From: Gnetum montanum
Taxonomy: Eukaryota > Plantae > Gnetophyta
Assembly: GCA_015680685.1 (NCBI GenBank)
Contig: MNCI01000811.1
Span: 507,283 to 571,282 of the forward strand
Length of the DNA stretch: 64,000 nucleotides
Direction: 5' to 3'
The stretch's first letter is position 1. The number at the start of each line of letters is the position of its first letter. The translations under genes and the position numbers were made by a program. Shown piece after piece: positions 12,901 to 26,478 of this stretch. The notes under the pieces are model-generated. The model was not told where the DNA came from and searched no databases. It saw only the letters and a program-made list of their open reading frames with translations.

Positions 12901-13810
12901 GAGCAAAGTTCCTCACCCTACTAGTGGTTCGCAGCCACCATTGGATCCAACCCACCTGACCTATGGGCCTAGGTTCGACATTCCAAAGATTAGAAAGAAG
13001 TTGTTGAGACAAAGGAGAAGAGAATAAATTAGAGTGTAGGCAAAAGAGGTGAAATCTGGTCCTTTGAGAAGTACCAGAGATTTGCATGGAAATGACGATG
13101 GGATAATGGTCAGATAACGTAGCATGTTGGTAAACCGTAGTGGTGGAGATTGCCTGCCAAAAGGATAGTGTGGAGAAGTAAAATCGATCTAGTCGACTAT
13201 ATATTCGAGCCTGACCTAGAAGAAGATTACTCCAAGTAAATCTATGGAGAGGACTGCTTGAGTTATCCTTGACTCCATCAAGGAGATAAAATTGTTTTTA
13301 AAAGTCAAACCAAGGTTGAAATTCATGAGGAGGAAGTCGAAAAGGAACTCCCCCAAGTTTATCGTGAGGGAATTCAATCATATTAAAATCTCCACCAAAA
13401 ATCCAAGGAATGGAAGGAAGAGAATAGGTTAGTTCCTGCCATAAGTTAGCCCATTCCATGGAGTCATTTGGAGCATAGATAGAGCAAACCCCAAAGGGTC
13501 CATGGGAGGAGGAAAAGATAGCCCAAGAAACTCTTTGGCTTGAATTAGAACCAGAATGGATGAGTTTGTCTTTCCAATGGGCTGAAATGAGAATAGCTGC
13601 TCCACCTTTTCCATACATGTGGGAGGTAGCTATGACTGAGGAGTGGGGAAGAAACCTATGAGCTGAAAACTCTAAGTCAGAAGCTGAAATTTGAATTTCT
13701 TGAAGAAGGATGAAATCAAAGGTGGTATTCAGACTAGAGAGAAAATTGCTAGCCCTTTTACCTCGAAGCCTATCTGTAAGGCCTCGAACATTCCAAGATA
13801 CTAAATTCAT
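9945..13810 (-). pseudogene. LINE ORF2 (AP endonuclease, RT, zf-RVT) with a few stops and frameshifts
   Basis: MNLVSWNVRGL, ILLQE, GGDFN, SRLDRFY, SDHYP; KAPGYDGFP, WRPITLLN, KLDYAKAYD, VRQGCP, FADDS; CPLCNDPETFVHVFWLC. Confidence 0.95.
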
Positions 13811-14990
13811 GAGGAGGTAGAAGATGCGGGTAGGGAAAGAACTTCAAAGGATTTGAGGGTTGATGTGTCCACTTCCATTATGTTGGAGAGGACAACAGAG
13901 GGGGTTCGTTTGTAATGACTAGAACTATAGAAGAGGCTATATGGGAGGGAGATAATGGTGGGTCAGAAAAGGAGGATGGTTTAGCTCTTTTCCTGCCCCC
14001 ATTATTCCCTCCCTCAGTGGTTGAAATAGAGTCCTTGAAAGATTTAGACTGGGTGACTTTAGCTTGCGAAGTGATCTATATAGAGGAGCTAGAATGAGGG
14101 GCTTATGTGGTAGAGGATTTAGGTTTGGAGAGAAAACTAGAGATCTTGTGGGGAGTGGCTGCAAATTTAAATGTTTTCGGTAGGATTTGAATTTCATCTA
14201 TAGGGGAAGGACAATTTTGTGAAGGGTTTGCATTTTTCTTCCTAGCTAAGGAAGGGCAGGCCGAGATGTGGTGATCAGCTCAATGACAATAGCTACAGGA
14301 GTTTGGAAGGTAAAAAAAATCAACTTTTTGTGTGAACAATTTTTCTCCAGCCGCTAATGTGAGAGAGGTTTTCTTGTGAGAGATGTCAACTTCTATACAG
14401 TAGCGATGAAACTGAATTTCATTAACCTCTACTCCGTGATCAGAGATAATGTGACCTAGGGTACTGACAATGTCTCTCTCAAAGGTGGAAAAAATAAGTG
14501 GAAGATTAGATAACTCCACATAACAGGGTATAGTTTTTTAGGCTGGGTCAGTGACATCAAAGTCAAATTTCCATGGACGGACAACCAGGGTGGCATTTCG
14601 TGCTGGGAAAAAATAGGCTGAAAGGGGTTTCTTGACATGAGAAGTATCAGAGAGTTCTACGAATATCAGGCATAGGAAACGGTTATGCCATGAGATTATA
14701 GAATAGATTTGATGTACAAATTGAGATTTACTGATCGGAAATAAAACCCATAATTTGAATAAAAATGAACCGAGATGAAAATTCTTCACCTACATTATCA
14801 AAAAGATCGTCCGGAATAAAAAAATCAATATTAGTGGAGTTGGGGACTTCCCTGCTGAGAAGAACCAGATGAGCCTTGAGATTCATCCATGACTGCACTG
14901 TAGCAAAGTTCTTCTCTGCCAACAGTGCAGCCCTACGTAGCACTCCCGGAAGCACCGGTGAACCCGTTGACGCCAAATCACCACTGAATC
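13811..14990 (-). pseudogene. LINE ORF1 (DUF4283-like region plus zinc knuckle), disrupted
   Basis: LVVRPWKFDFD, ELSNLPL, LPNSCSYCH*ADHHISAC (CX2CX4HX4C) directly upstream of ORF2. Confidence 0.8.
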
Positions 14991-17031
14991 CGTTGATGCC
15001 AAAATGCCACAGGTCCGCCCAATGATGTGAAAAAAATCTCAGAAATCTGAACTTAATGGTGGCGATCCCAGATCTGTGACACCCTCAATTCAGATCTGTC
15101 AGGCTAGTGCAGCAAAATGAGACCGATTGGCTGCTAGGGACCACAGTAACATAGATTTGGATTGCAGCAATAAGGAACACCCTGCATCAACACAGATTGC
15201 AGGAATCAGTGTGAACGGCAAACACCAGCAAACGGAGACGCGCGTCATAGGCACGAACGGCGGCTACGGGCGGTGCGCGACGCGCGGCATTGACACGCAC
15301 GTCAGCAACAGCGGCAGATGGCGGCAGCGGCGCGTTCCTGCCCAGCGGGGTTTCGTTTCCGCAATGGTGTGAATTTGTCTAGATGTATATATTGTAAATG
15401 ATAAATGCTTGCTGCTCAGCAGTGTTACATTTTGGACAACGATACCCTATTTTAGTCTTACATAATTTCTGTTTAATACTGTCGTCATTAATTTTATCAA
15501 TGTATTTGAAAACTATAATGATATTTTCCAAATTAAATAAACTAAAATTATGTTTTACCACCCTTAGAAAATCATTTTTTAATTGCCAAATATAGTAATA
15601 GTGTGAGAACATGCAGTTTGCATGACATTGCCCTGATTTTTTTCCCAAAACATGCGTGAACATGTGAATTGTAGGCTACTGCACTTCTAAAAATTTGATG
15701 GCATGCATATCGCAACAACATGAAACCCTCAGTTTGAGAAACTCCAAACTATTGAAACAATGCAAATCGAAGGTATATCGTAGACCTGTATTACGAGAAA
15801 CCGCTAGTCGCAGTATCTCGCATAAAGATTTGCAGATACATACGACCTGCAGTTCTGATGCAACGCCAACATTTATAGAAACTAGATTTTCACAGTGCGT
15901 GTCAATGATATCTACAAAATTTCTTGAAAACTGTGTTTAGCAATGAAAAATGAGACTCAAAACTTCTTATTTCAGTTATGCAGGACACATGTTTTATTGT
16001 GTTCCGCACTTTTCTATTGATGTTCTGCAAGGCACAGGATTTATTTCAATCTGCAGCTTAATATTTCGGACTACGAGTTGCATAAGCTTGCATCGTGAGG
16101 AAAAAGTCAAAAAACCCGAATCCATCGCTTCGCATTTTACCATTTCAACTGCCAGCAGAGCCGCAGGTGGTCATAGACAGAAGTATGACATCCAAGATCA
16201 ACAGGAGAAATCAAGATTACAGTGGGGTAGTGTAACTTCCATCATCAGCATCAACAATGACAAACATGAAACACATCCCTGTCGCCAAGAAGAAATTTTT
16301 TCATTAATCATTAGTGGAAATGTTTTCTATGACTGTATTTAGGGTTTTTGTAGTAATAGTTTTTGGGATAAATAAACGAAGAAATAACCAAATTCTTAAG
16401 CTCCAGAAGCTATTTTGTCCTTTTCTAAAGCTCCAAAAGCTATTTTATTCTTAATAAATGGAGAAATAAACTTTCTTGTACCTAAATTCTCAATGTTTTG
16501 TCCCTTTCTAAAGCTCCAAATTTTCTATGATTAGTCTTTAACAAAAGAGTTCTTCGGGTCTTGTCCATTGATGATTTCGACATTGTCAAAAATCCCCAAG
16601 TTTTTGGTGAATTAGCAACCATACATAAGACCAATATTGAGAAATAAAACAGGTGATGGAACCATGCCTAGGATGTGAATTACCATCAAGAGAAATTATC
16701 AATGACGTAAGGGTACATTAGGGCTTAAGTGATGAATATTAATTGTTATATTATGTATTTATATATGCCTTCTTCATTTCTCCTTTGTCGTCATGATTTA
16801 TACGTGCATCTAAATATTCATTTTTTTTAAAGGATTAATGATTATTAAGTTTGACAAAAATAGGTCTTCTAGTCAAGCCTTTTCATAAGTTTAGTGATTT
16901 GCAAACTGAAAGCAAATTAAAATTGAGAACTAGATTTAAAACTAAAAAGAAAAACTACACTTGACTTTATACATGGTTCAAAAGTATAATATCAATATAG
17001 TGTCTGTTCGACTTAAACATTACATGGAAAG

Positions 17032-17896
17032 TGATGAATCATAAATTGGTTGCATTGATTGGGCTTTGTTGACTAGGCCTCATCAGTGCATGATTTGATG
17101 CGTTGACATGGCCTTGTTGACGCAGTGTCTATTTTTGCCTATAAATACACACTCATCCATTGTATTTATGGCAATCTTTGATATATTGTAACAAAGTTCT
17201 TATAGTTTTTCTTCTCCTAAGTTAGAATATTTTTCCAAGTGCCTGTAGTAGGAGTCATTGAGTGTATGGATCTTTATTTGAGCTATGTTGTACCTGAGCA
17301 TGATAGTGTGTGTGGCAATAAAGATGAGATTTTTAATAAACCTTGTGGCACTTTGGCTAGATTAAATATTTTCTCATGCATTCAATGTTTTCAGTAATTT
17401 TATTTAATGCTTTTACGTAATTAAGCTAAATTAAGCTAGATTAAATAGTGATTAATTAAGCACATAAGTATGACTGCTTTGAGCATGTGTATGATGCTTA
17501 GTAATCTTAGTAATGCTTAATGTTTGGTAACCTTGTAGTGTTATATGTATTCAGGATGTGTACAGAAAGTGGGAACAGATGCTTATGTTAGGATTACTTA
17601 GGTGTAGCTAGTTAGATTAAATTAACAATTAAATTACTTCATTCTTTTCATCCTTTATTTTAAGCACCCAAAACATAAAACATGAAAATAATAAAAATCA
17701 TATGCCTTAGATGCACTTAACCACACCTTTTGATATCAAAAGTGTAATTGGGAAGATAATGAATGATTATTAGGGCTAGTTCCACTTCCTAGAGGCTAGT
17801 GTATCAAAAGACAAAGAGTCCACAAAATTTGATTGGATCATGTGTCAATGCTTAGTGATTTGTATGGTTGGGTGTAGCGGTACTTGTCACTCATCA
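17032..17896 (+). repeat. 5' LTR of A
   Basis: Collinear with 47381-48210; TATAAATA at ~17140. Confidence 0.92.
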
Positions 17897-17916
17897 TTGA
17901 CGCTATTTTCGGGGAC
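17897..17916 (+). promoter_or_regulatory. Degenerate tRNA-Asp PBS (Athila type)
   Basis: TTGACGCTATTTTCGGGGAC versus canonical TTGGCGCCGTTGCCGGGGAC (15/20). Confidence 0.7.
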
Positions 17917-18099
17917 TCTTTTTGTTTGAAACATGTGTTATCTAGGCATAGTGAAAATTATTAACATTGTTGGATGAACCCTAAGGTCAAAATCATTCTA
18001 AAAATAAATATAATAATTAAAGCACATTGATATCTTATTCTAATTGCAAAATGTATTCTTCTCACAAGTGTGATGATACTAAACCACTAGTGCCTCAAG

Positions 18100-19262
18100 A
18101 ATGCAAGGTGGTATATACTCATCCAGATGAGCATATGATTGACTTTACCTTTGTCCTACATTAGGATGAACAACTGTGGTGGCAAGATATGGAGGGTAAC
18201 ATTGTATTGCCTTTTGATTGATTTGTTCTTGGGATGCTTCTCCAAACTCTTAGGAGGTTAGGAATCTAGGATCTTCAAGAAGAGTATGTTATGCATGACC
18301 ATGACTACCGAGACTACTGTCCCACTGAAATAGAATGCAGGAGAGATCGATACTAGGTGAAGCATCATGAAGCTATGAAGAGGAAATAGTTCACCAATCC
18401 CTTATTCCTACTCAATCAGAATGACAGTGAGGATCCTCCCTTTGGGAGTTCTCAACATGAAGATTCTCCACCCCTTAACATTGATGATGGGGGCTTGAAC
18501 CTAAATCTACAATCAACTATCAACAAACTAAGTTTATGCAAAAGTGGAAGTCAAGGTAGGGGCTTGGGAAAGCATCAAGATGATAAGAAAGCTGAAGAAT
18601 GTGGCCGTGACAAGCATAGAGGAAGTGGTAGATACCATGGTGGTGGTAGTTCTCCTCCCTCTTCACTCTCTTCATCTGCATCTTCTTCTTTCTCTTTTGG
18701 TTTTGACAGATGCTGTAGAAAGGATAACCATGATGAAGGTGAATAGCAAGACAATAATGATCATTGGGCTCACCATGAATGAAGGGGTAGTAGAGGACAT
18801 CATAGGCATCATCAAAATAATGATGATGACAAGCCTTTGCTGGCAACTTAGAGCATGTTGAATATTGTAGAGGTAGTAAAAATTTCAACCAAACATGTGA
18901 AAGATAGTTGGATCAAGTCACTTGACATGAACAATATTCCTATATTTGAGCGGGATATAACTTTGATCCACAGGCACATCCTCAAGCCTTTCACAATGCA
19001 TGTGCCTTACAAAATATTGAAAATGATTAGCAAAAATTAAAGCTATTTCCTAGGACACTCATCAAGGAAGCAGAAGGCTAGTATCAAACCTTGGAGTTGG
19101 AATCCATTCGCAAGTGGAGTACAATGCTAGAGCTATTCAATGATAAATATCAAACATACTCTAGAGTGTCTAATTTGAGAAGGTAGATCCAAGGATGGAC
19201 ACAAGGAATACATGAACCCTTAGACATTTCCATGGGTAGATACTATTCTTTCATACACTAAT
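18100..19262 (+). pseudogene. Element A gag, N-terminal part (decayed)
   Basis: Ser/His/Gly-rich region, then KLFPRTLIKEAEG*YQTL...SIRKW...LFNDKY retrotransposon-gag motif; the frame continues at 37231 as CPSHG. Confidence 0.75.
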
Positions 19263-21058
19263 TTTGACGTCCAAAAATGTCAATGGTTGGAACATTGAGA
19301 GGTTAGCAGGCATATAGCCTAACCCCAAATCCATGCAAGGGCCATGCTGGGAAACGAAAATGAGGTGTCCTAAATGGTCTAGTCAATCAGATAGGAACTT
19401 ACGTGGTGTTAGAATGACCATATGTAAGAAGGTTTTATACTACGTTATGTGCGGACATTGGGACTAGCTAAGCCAGAGCGTAGCAGGGTGTCTCGGCTTG
19501 AAAACAATGACGTGAGCATGTAAATATGAATCAAATAGTAGAAAAATGTGAGGGTTATGCTTAATATCAAAGAAAAATTCTTAGAAAAGAAATGGAACAG
19601 AGCTTAAGAATAGAAAAATGCATTGCCTCAAAAATGCAGAGTGTAACCTTTGCTAAACAAGAGGTGAGAATGGTACACAACATTAGGTAGGCATAGTGGC
19701 AGCGTAGCAATGTAGTCATAGTTTCTAGGATTATTGGGACAACTATAGTAGAGACTAAACCTACTGGATTGGATGTTCCCATGTTCTATGGGTGCCATGC
19801 AATGGATTGCATTTTGGGGGATGCCAAGGTACGAAGCTCAGATGCTTAGGTGTGAGGGTGCCAAGGATGCTCAGACAGCTAAAATGGCCAATGCTCTTTT
19901 AATTTGCCAACCCATAGAGTGCCGAATGTTGAGGTATTTATAGGGTTAGGTTTAGCATGAAACACGGATTGGGCACCATGTGGCATGAGTGTAGATGGGG
20001 TTACGTTGACATATTATGCTCTCATGATTGTAGAAAAAGTGTTACACTCTAAAGGATAGCAATAGATTCCCAGATACTGCTGAATTGTGAACACACTACT
20101 CGAATTGCATGTGCCAAAGTTTGAGAGACTACAATGTACTTGCAAATAGCGCAAAAATAATGTAACTTGGAGGCTACACTCTAGGACTATGTCTTCCCCT
20201 CTTTAGGAACAATTTTGGGGACCAATGGGGGGTACAAAAGAAATGCAAACTCTAATGTCAAGCTAGCTAAGCTCTAGAGTGTAACACAACACTTCGTGAA
20301 AATTTGTAAAAATTTGATGTCTCACACTAGTTATGCTGGCTACATTAGGAAGCATAGTAGGGACACTTAGCCAAATTTTGATGAAATTTGCAGTCTTCAT
20401 GGTACGCTGTCTATGCTCTAGGGTGTAGTAGGAGAGGTAGCCTTAGAAGTTAGAAAGTGTGCCAAATGTGTCTTCCATGTTGAGGTATCTTGATAGATCC
20501 TTATCCAACACTTAGGAAAAATTGGGAACTGGAACTTGTGTCAGACTTGCTATGTTGTGGAGTGTAGTCGAGCATAGCAACCCAAGAGATAGAAAATTTG
20601 CCAAGCCATTTTTGCCATCCTAAGGAATTTTGACAACCTTTAGCCTAGTACTTAGGGTGAACTTACTACTGGGACATGTGTCAAGCTAGATACACTAGGA
20701 AGTGTAGTAAGCATGACGACCCAGGAGATAGAAAATTTGTCAAACTACTTTGTCCATCCCAAGCAATCCTTGACCACTTCTAGCTTGACACATGGGCAAA
20801 CTAGCCATGAAAGTGTGTGATACATTGGCTATGTTGGAGAGTGTAGTAGGCAAACTAAGAGCATAGTAGGACACATAGAAAATTTTCATGCAATTGTTAT
20901 TGACACTTAGAAAAATCTTGCAAAAATAGGCCTCAATGTGTGCTACATTGGCTACATTGGAGAGCGTAACACCCACACTAGAAAAAAATTTGCCAAGTTT
21001 TGATACTTAGAAAAATTTGCTGTTGAAGATGCAGAAGCTTGAAATTGGTGATGTTTCA
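19263..21058 (-). repeat. 3' LTR of B (~1.8 kb)
   Basis: Minus-strand start TGAAACATC; aligns with 36575-37230 at both ends; TATA at 19935-19942. Confidence 0.88.
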
Positions 21059-21071
21059 TTGGCCCATCTTT
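21059..21071 (-). promoter_or_regulatory. PPT of B
   Basis: AAAGATGGGCCAA abutting the LTR TG. Confidence 0.7.
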
Positions 21072-22659
21072 GTTGATGTTTGGAGGATTGGCTTAAGAGA
21101 AGTCGACAAAGAATACGAAACACCATAGTAAACATGACATTAACACCACTCATTAGTGGCCAATTAGACAATGATTTGTATGCTTGAGAGTGCTAAAGAA
21201 ATAAAGTATGGTAAGAAATAGGTTAGGGAGATGTGCCAAGGGACAACAAATGGGGAGGATGTTCATTGTACATGTGACTGTAGGATGTAGCATTACGATG
21301 GCTTGTTGCCAAAGCATGATCCCTCATCAGAGTGCTTGTGAGGGAGTCAGCATGCAAAGATGGCCTACCCTTAGGATTTTGACCTCTTGTTAAAGTGCTT
21401 GTGAGATGGTCGATCCAAGGTTGAACTGGTTGCAAAACGGAAATTGTGCTATTTTACTAGGGCACTTGTTTCATCCCATTTTTCTTTTGCTCTTGGCTTT
21501 TTTATTTTTCTTGTTTTTTTGTTTTGTTTTCTTTTTTGCTTTTTCTTGCTTGTTTCTTTTTCATTTTCTTTTATCCTTTTTTTTTACATTTTGTGTTACT
21601 AAGTGAATTGCATGTTTCTTAACAAAATTTGTAGTTGTGTCACACTTGTAGGATAGGTGTTTCCTTCCTAGGATGAGTTGTGTTACATTTGCTTGGGGCT
21701 TTGACAAGCCCAAAAAGGCTCCCCATGAGATGAGTTATGTTACATCCATCATGGGTTCTATGGTTGATTGCAAGAAAGGTACCATGTGCATCAAAGAAGC
21801 TTGCAGAGAGTGTGTGAAGATGTAAGATTACGATATAGAGGTGAATTGGCTATAGTGGGGTAGTAGGGATGTGCACTTTTGAGTAGCTTAGCAAGTTAAA
21901 GTAGACACATCAGAGTAGTGTGATGACTTGCCACCATGATGAAACGTATCCTTGAGCAACATCACTGAGGCTTCATCTTGCAAATGCAATATAGAGAAAA
22001 CAAGAAAACAAGAAAAACAACCACCATGTGAAATGAAGGTGAAGTCCTGTTTGCAAGGGCACTGTAAGGGACATGAATGTTGTGTTAGTTGCAGGTGCAT
22101 GTAGTGTCCAAAGCAGGAAGGCTACTGTTGGTGTTGGTGGTGGTAGGCTACGAAAGCTTCAGCAGCCACACTAGAAGTAAGCATCCAAGTGGCTAAAGGT
22201 GTTGGCAATGTAGGTGCTTAGGAGTCTTCACCAAAGACAGGAGCCAGGAAACCTAGTAGCATGGTGAAGAATCGCACTACTGGATGCTCTTCTGAGCTCA
22301 AGTAATGATGAGGGCTAGAGGATGGTAGTATTGTGGTTGGGCCACAGTACCTTTGGTTCTTTGGCAAGTGATGCTAATGGTGAGAGCTCTAGCCAAGGTG
22401 ATTGTTGATGGTGGTGATAGCTCCGGAAGGTCAGCAAGATGCCAAAAGGCATCTCCAGAAGATCAACAAGATGTTGAGGACAATGATGCTACAAATGTTC
22501 CAAAGGGTTTTTCCTTGATAACATGAACTTCATTCTAGAACTACACTACCTCACCTCATCCTACTCGAGAGGTGTGGGAAGGTAATGGATGATTGGAAGC
22601 ATTCACGCTCACTTGTCCATAGAACTATGTGTGTTGAACTATGAATGCTGCACTACAAA

Positions 22660-22940
22660 CCTAGTTTTAGGTCTTGGTAGACTGCATGCTATACTAGTTT
22701 AATGTCCCAATAGACTGTGATGTGCTAGTTTAAGGTCCTAGCAGATCACTATGCTAGTTTAATGTCACAGCAGATAGTGGATGGCCAGTTTAAGATCATA
22801 GTAGACCATGTTGTGGGTGCTAGTTGAATGTCATAGCCTAGGGACATTCTATGCTAGTTTAACATTGTAGTGGACATTCTGTGCCAATTTAACATCATAG
22901 CAGACATTCTATGCTAGTTTAACATCATAGCAGATGTTCA
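22660..22940. repeat. ~30-bp tandem repeats (CTAGTTTAA plus short stem-loop) downstream of B integrase
   Basis: About 9 units of GCTAGTTTAA(C/T/G)(G/A)TC.nnnnn.GA(C/T). Confidence 0.85.
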
Positions 22941-22999
22941 CTTACCTTGCTTTATCATCGATGCAGCACTGCATACTAGGCATAGTATGGCTTCAGGTA

Positions 23000-25900
23000 C
23001 AAGTGGTTAATTGGATTGGCAACTCATTGCTGTCTAGATCAGCAAACTTGAATGCTCCATTGTTGTAGGCCTTCATGACCAAGAAAGGCCCTTCCTAGTT
23101 AGCTGAGAATTTGTTCATGTGCTCGCAAATAACCTTGAGAACAAAGTCCCCTTTCTTGATCAAGCTTTGATGCTAATTGTGATGGTGCTTTTGTCATTGC
23201 TTTTTTTGATGCCACTCGATGCGATCAAGTGTTTTCATGCACTCCTCCTCTATAGGGTTGAGGTTAATGGTTCTAAAATAATTATTCTAAACCTCATCAA
23301 TGAAGCTTGAGAGTATCATATAGAGAGATGGGACCTATAGTTCAAGAGGCAACATTGCTTCAGATCCATATACAAGACTATATGATGTCTTACCTATTGC
23401 TATTCTGCATGTCATACGGTAGGCTCATAACATGTAGACTGGCTGTTCATGCCATTGTCACTTATTGTTACTAAGCATCCTCTTTAGAAGGTTGACAATG
23501 ACTTTTTTTGTAGCCTCTTCTTGGCCATTTGCCTATGGGTAGTATGGTGATGAAAAGAAATGTTTAATGCTAAGGTGTTCACAGAAGGCTTTAGTTTTTG
23601 CACTACTAAATTATGGCCTATTGTCTATGACTATAGTCATGGATAGACCAAATAAAGTCATTATGTTTTTTAGGATGAATTTGTAGACTTGTTATGATGT
23701 TGTCTTCCTAAGAGGAATGGGTTCAATCCACTTGGTAAAGTATTCAGTTACAATTATGATGAAGCTATGTCCTGTAGAAGACTTAGGCATTATAGGCCTT
23801 ATGATATCTTACCTCCAACATTGGAACAACCATGTGATCTACATAATATGTAGTTTAGTGGGTGGCATGTGCATTAGGTTTCCATGTTTTTTACATACAT
23901 CACATGTTCTGACCTTGGAGACACAATCGCACTCCATGTAAGGCCAATAGTAGCCTAGATGTTTGATTTTTGCTACCATTACCTTGGGGGCTATGTGGCC
24001 TCTACATAGTCCTTCATGGAATTGATCAACAATCATTTGTGCTTCACTACCACTAATAAAAGTTAAGAGTATTCCATCATAGGATTTGCGACATAAGGTA
24101 CTATGACTTATAAGGATGTATTGTTGTGATTGCTTTCGTATTGCATCTGTTTAGGTAGACGTTAGATTTTGTGAAAGATCTCCCTATTGGAGGTATGTTT
24201 GAATATCATCATACCACTCTTGGGTGTAAGTTGTGCTTGTTGTTTCTATGGATGTAATGCTTATTTTTTAAGTTATAGGTTCGGTGCAATCCACTATTGA
24301 AGTAGGAAATGCAAAAAACATATTGGGCGCTATGCTTAAGGCTAAAGTGGCTAATGAATTAGCAATGGAATTTTCATTACAAGGAATGTTTTGGACATCT
24401 ACAGTTGCAAATCATTTGAGCAAGTGTTTTGCCATATCATAATAAGGTTGTAAATTTTGTGCCTTGCAAGCATAAACCTCTATGACTTAGTTGACAAGCA
24501 GCTGTGAATTGCCTTGGATTGTTATGTTTTGGATTCCTAACTCATGAGTTGCTAAGACATCTCAAAGGAGACCTTCATACTCTACTAGATTGTTTGTGTA
24601 ATGAAATGCAATGTAATACACGAAGGGTCAGTTTTCCTTAGAGGGAAACATGATAATGGTAGTGGCACTACCACCTTGTGTGGTTGAAGCACCATCAAAG
24701 TGTAAAACTATCTCAAAGTTTGCAGGCACTTGGCTTATGCTATTGACATGCTCATCCAAAAAATTTGGATCTATTATTGTTTGATCATCTATGGGTGAAG
24801 TTGTAAGTTGTGTGGCTATTGCTTGATCTTTTATGGATACATGCGCTATGTAGTGCAAGTCAAACTTTGTAGTCATTACTGTCCTTCATGCAATTCGACT
24901 ACTTTTGTACATGTTCATAGTAATTGCTCAGAGTACATTGCTTGTGTAGATAACATTAACCTTATTGCAGAAGAGATAGTGTCTCCATTTTTTGAGTGCA
25001 AAGACTAAGGTGAGATAGTTCTTCTCTACATCATTGTACTTCACATCATGGGCCACTAGCACATGGATTAAGTAGTAAACATGGGCCTCTAAGCCATTGT
25101 CTCACTTTTGGAAAATTAGAGAAGAAATGGATGTGTTTGAGGTTGGAATATAAATGTAGAATGACTTATCTCCTTGCAGAGGGTAGATTGTCGGAAGTTG
25201 AGCTAGCTCCTTTTTGAGGTTGTTAAATACCTCTTGGCAATGAGCTATCCACTCAAAGTGGATCCCCTTTTTAAGAAAATGTTGCATTGGCTACAACTTA
25301 TTAGTCAACCTGGCAATAAACCTATGTATGAATTCTAATCTGCCTTATAACTCGTGTAGCTCCTTAAGGTTTTTTGGTGGTGCTAATTTGGTGATAGCCT
25401 TAACCTTATCAGGGTCTACACATATACTTTTTTTTGATATTACAAAGCCTAGCATGAAGTTGGTTTTGATGCCAAAGACACACTTTTTTGGGTTTAACCT
25501 AAGGTCATGTCTAAGGCAATGTTTGAGAATGTAGTCCAAGTCATCTGTGTGGTCATGAGCTAATTTGGACTTAACTGTTATATCATTGATATAGTCATTG
25601 AGTAAGTTTAGTAGATAGTCACTAACGATATATTTCATCGCACGTTGGTAGGTTTCTCCTGCATTCTTTAGTCCAAAGGGCATCATTGTATAGCAAAACA
25701 TTCCCCAAGGGGTCGTGAAGATGGTGCTAAGTTGGTGCTCTAGGTTGAACCAAATTTGCTTGTACCCCAAGAACCTATCCATAAAGGATAATAAGGAATA
25801 ACCAACCATAGTATTGATGAGTTGGTAAATCCTAGACAATGGAAAGTCATCTTTAATGGTTGCCTTTTTCAGGTCCCAGAAGTCTATGCAAATGCATATG

Positions 25901-26478
25901 CTTCCATTTTTCTTAAGGACAACTATGATGTTTGAAACCTAGTCAACATAGTCAACTACCTGAATGAAACCAGCTTTGTAAAGCTTAGTGATTTCATCAC
26001 AAACTACCAATTCCACCTTATGTTTGACTTTGTTGAGCTTTCTATTTAACTAGTCTTATGTGAGGATTGAGGATAATGTTGTGCTGTATTATGCAAGGGT
26101 CCAAGCCTGACATGTCCTCGTAGGACCATGCAAATGCCTTGACATTATCATTGAGAACTTTAGAGATGCTTTGTTTTATTCCAGGCCCTAATAAGAAACT
26201 AAGTTTCAATGTCTTCACCTCACCTTTACATGTTACTACAAGGATTTCAATGAGAGGATCCTTGGTTATGTCACCTACCTCTTGGTGTAGAGCTCTAACT
26301 AGATGGTTTGGCTAGTCTAGAGATGTCTCTAGGGATGCTACATTTGTGTCATAAGTAAATGGCTCAAGGTTTAGGAGCTTAGTGTTTACACATCTCATGG
26401 AATCATTGTAAGGTCTAGTCAAGACCAAGGGTGCATGAAGATGCTCATATGCATCATTCTGCAATCCCGTTGAAAATC
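23000..26478 (-). pseudogene. Element B pol: RT, RNase H, additional (archaeal-type) RNase H, integrase
   Basis: VKAFAWSYEDMSGLDP; SFMDRFLGYKQI; MMPFGLKNAGETYQRAM; LNPKKCVFG; LHFDGAS; HEGLCRGH...YYWP..ECDC...C.VC; YYP*ANGQ; EGPF. Confidence 0.92.

Larger units (their letters stand above)
9685..15370 (-). mobile_element. Near full-length L1-clade LINE
   Basis: ORF1 plus ORF2 on the minus strand; CpG-rich 5' end at 15230-15365; 3' end TGATTAATA(AAA); candidate 6-bp TSD GAATTT (9679-9684, 15371-15376). Confidence 0.93.

Noticed and set aside
15127-15372. GC-rich ORF as a host gene
   Set aside because: Antisense reading of the LINE CpG-rich 5' UTR
9638-15436. CAG(T/C)AGTGTTACATTTTGG on both sides of the LINE as a 19-bp TSD
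   Set aside because: It does not abut the LINE ends (~28 and ~46 bp away); better explained as a pre-existing local repeat
16338-16347. Telomeric repeat
   Set aside because: Single TTTAGGG unit, not an array
18495-18888. Overlapping ORFs in three frames
   Set aside because: Low-complexity (GAT/TCT/CAT) part of Athila gag; incidental open frames
21406-21606. Phe/Leu-rich membrane-like ORF
   Set aside because: Low-complexity T-rich tract in B's 3' non-coding region
21900-22560. Possible extra ORF after B integrase
   Set aside because: Multiple stops and no recognisable motif by eye; cannot be supported
22660-22940. CRISPR-like repeat array
   Set aside because: Eukaryotic retrotransposon context; degenerate tandem units with no unique spacers and no cas genes
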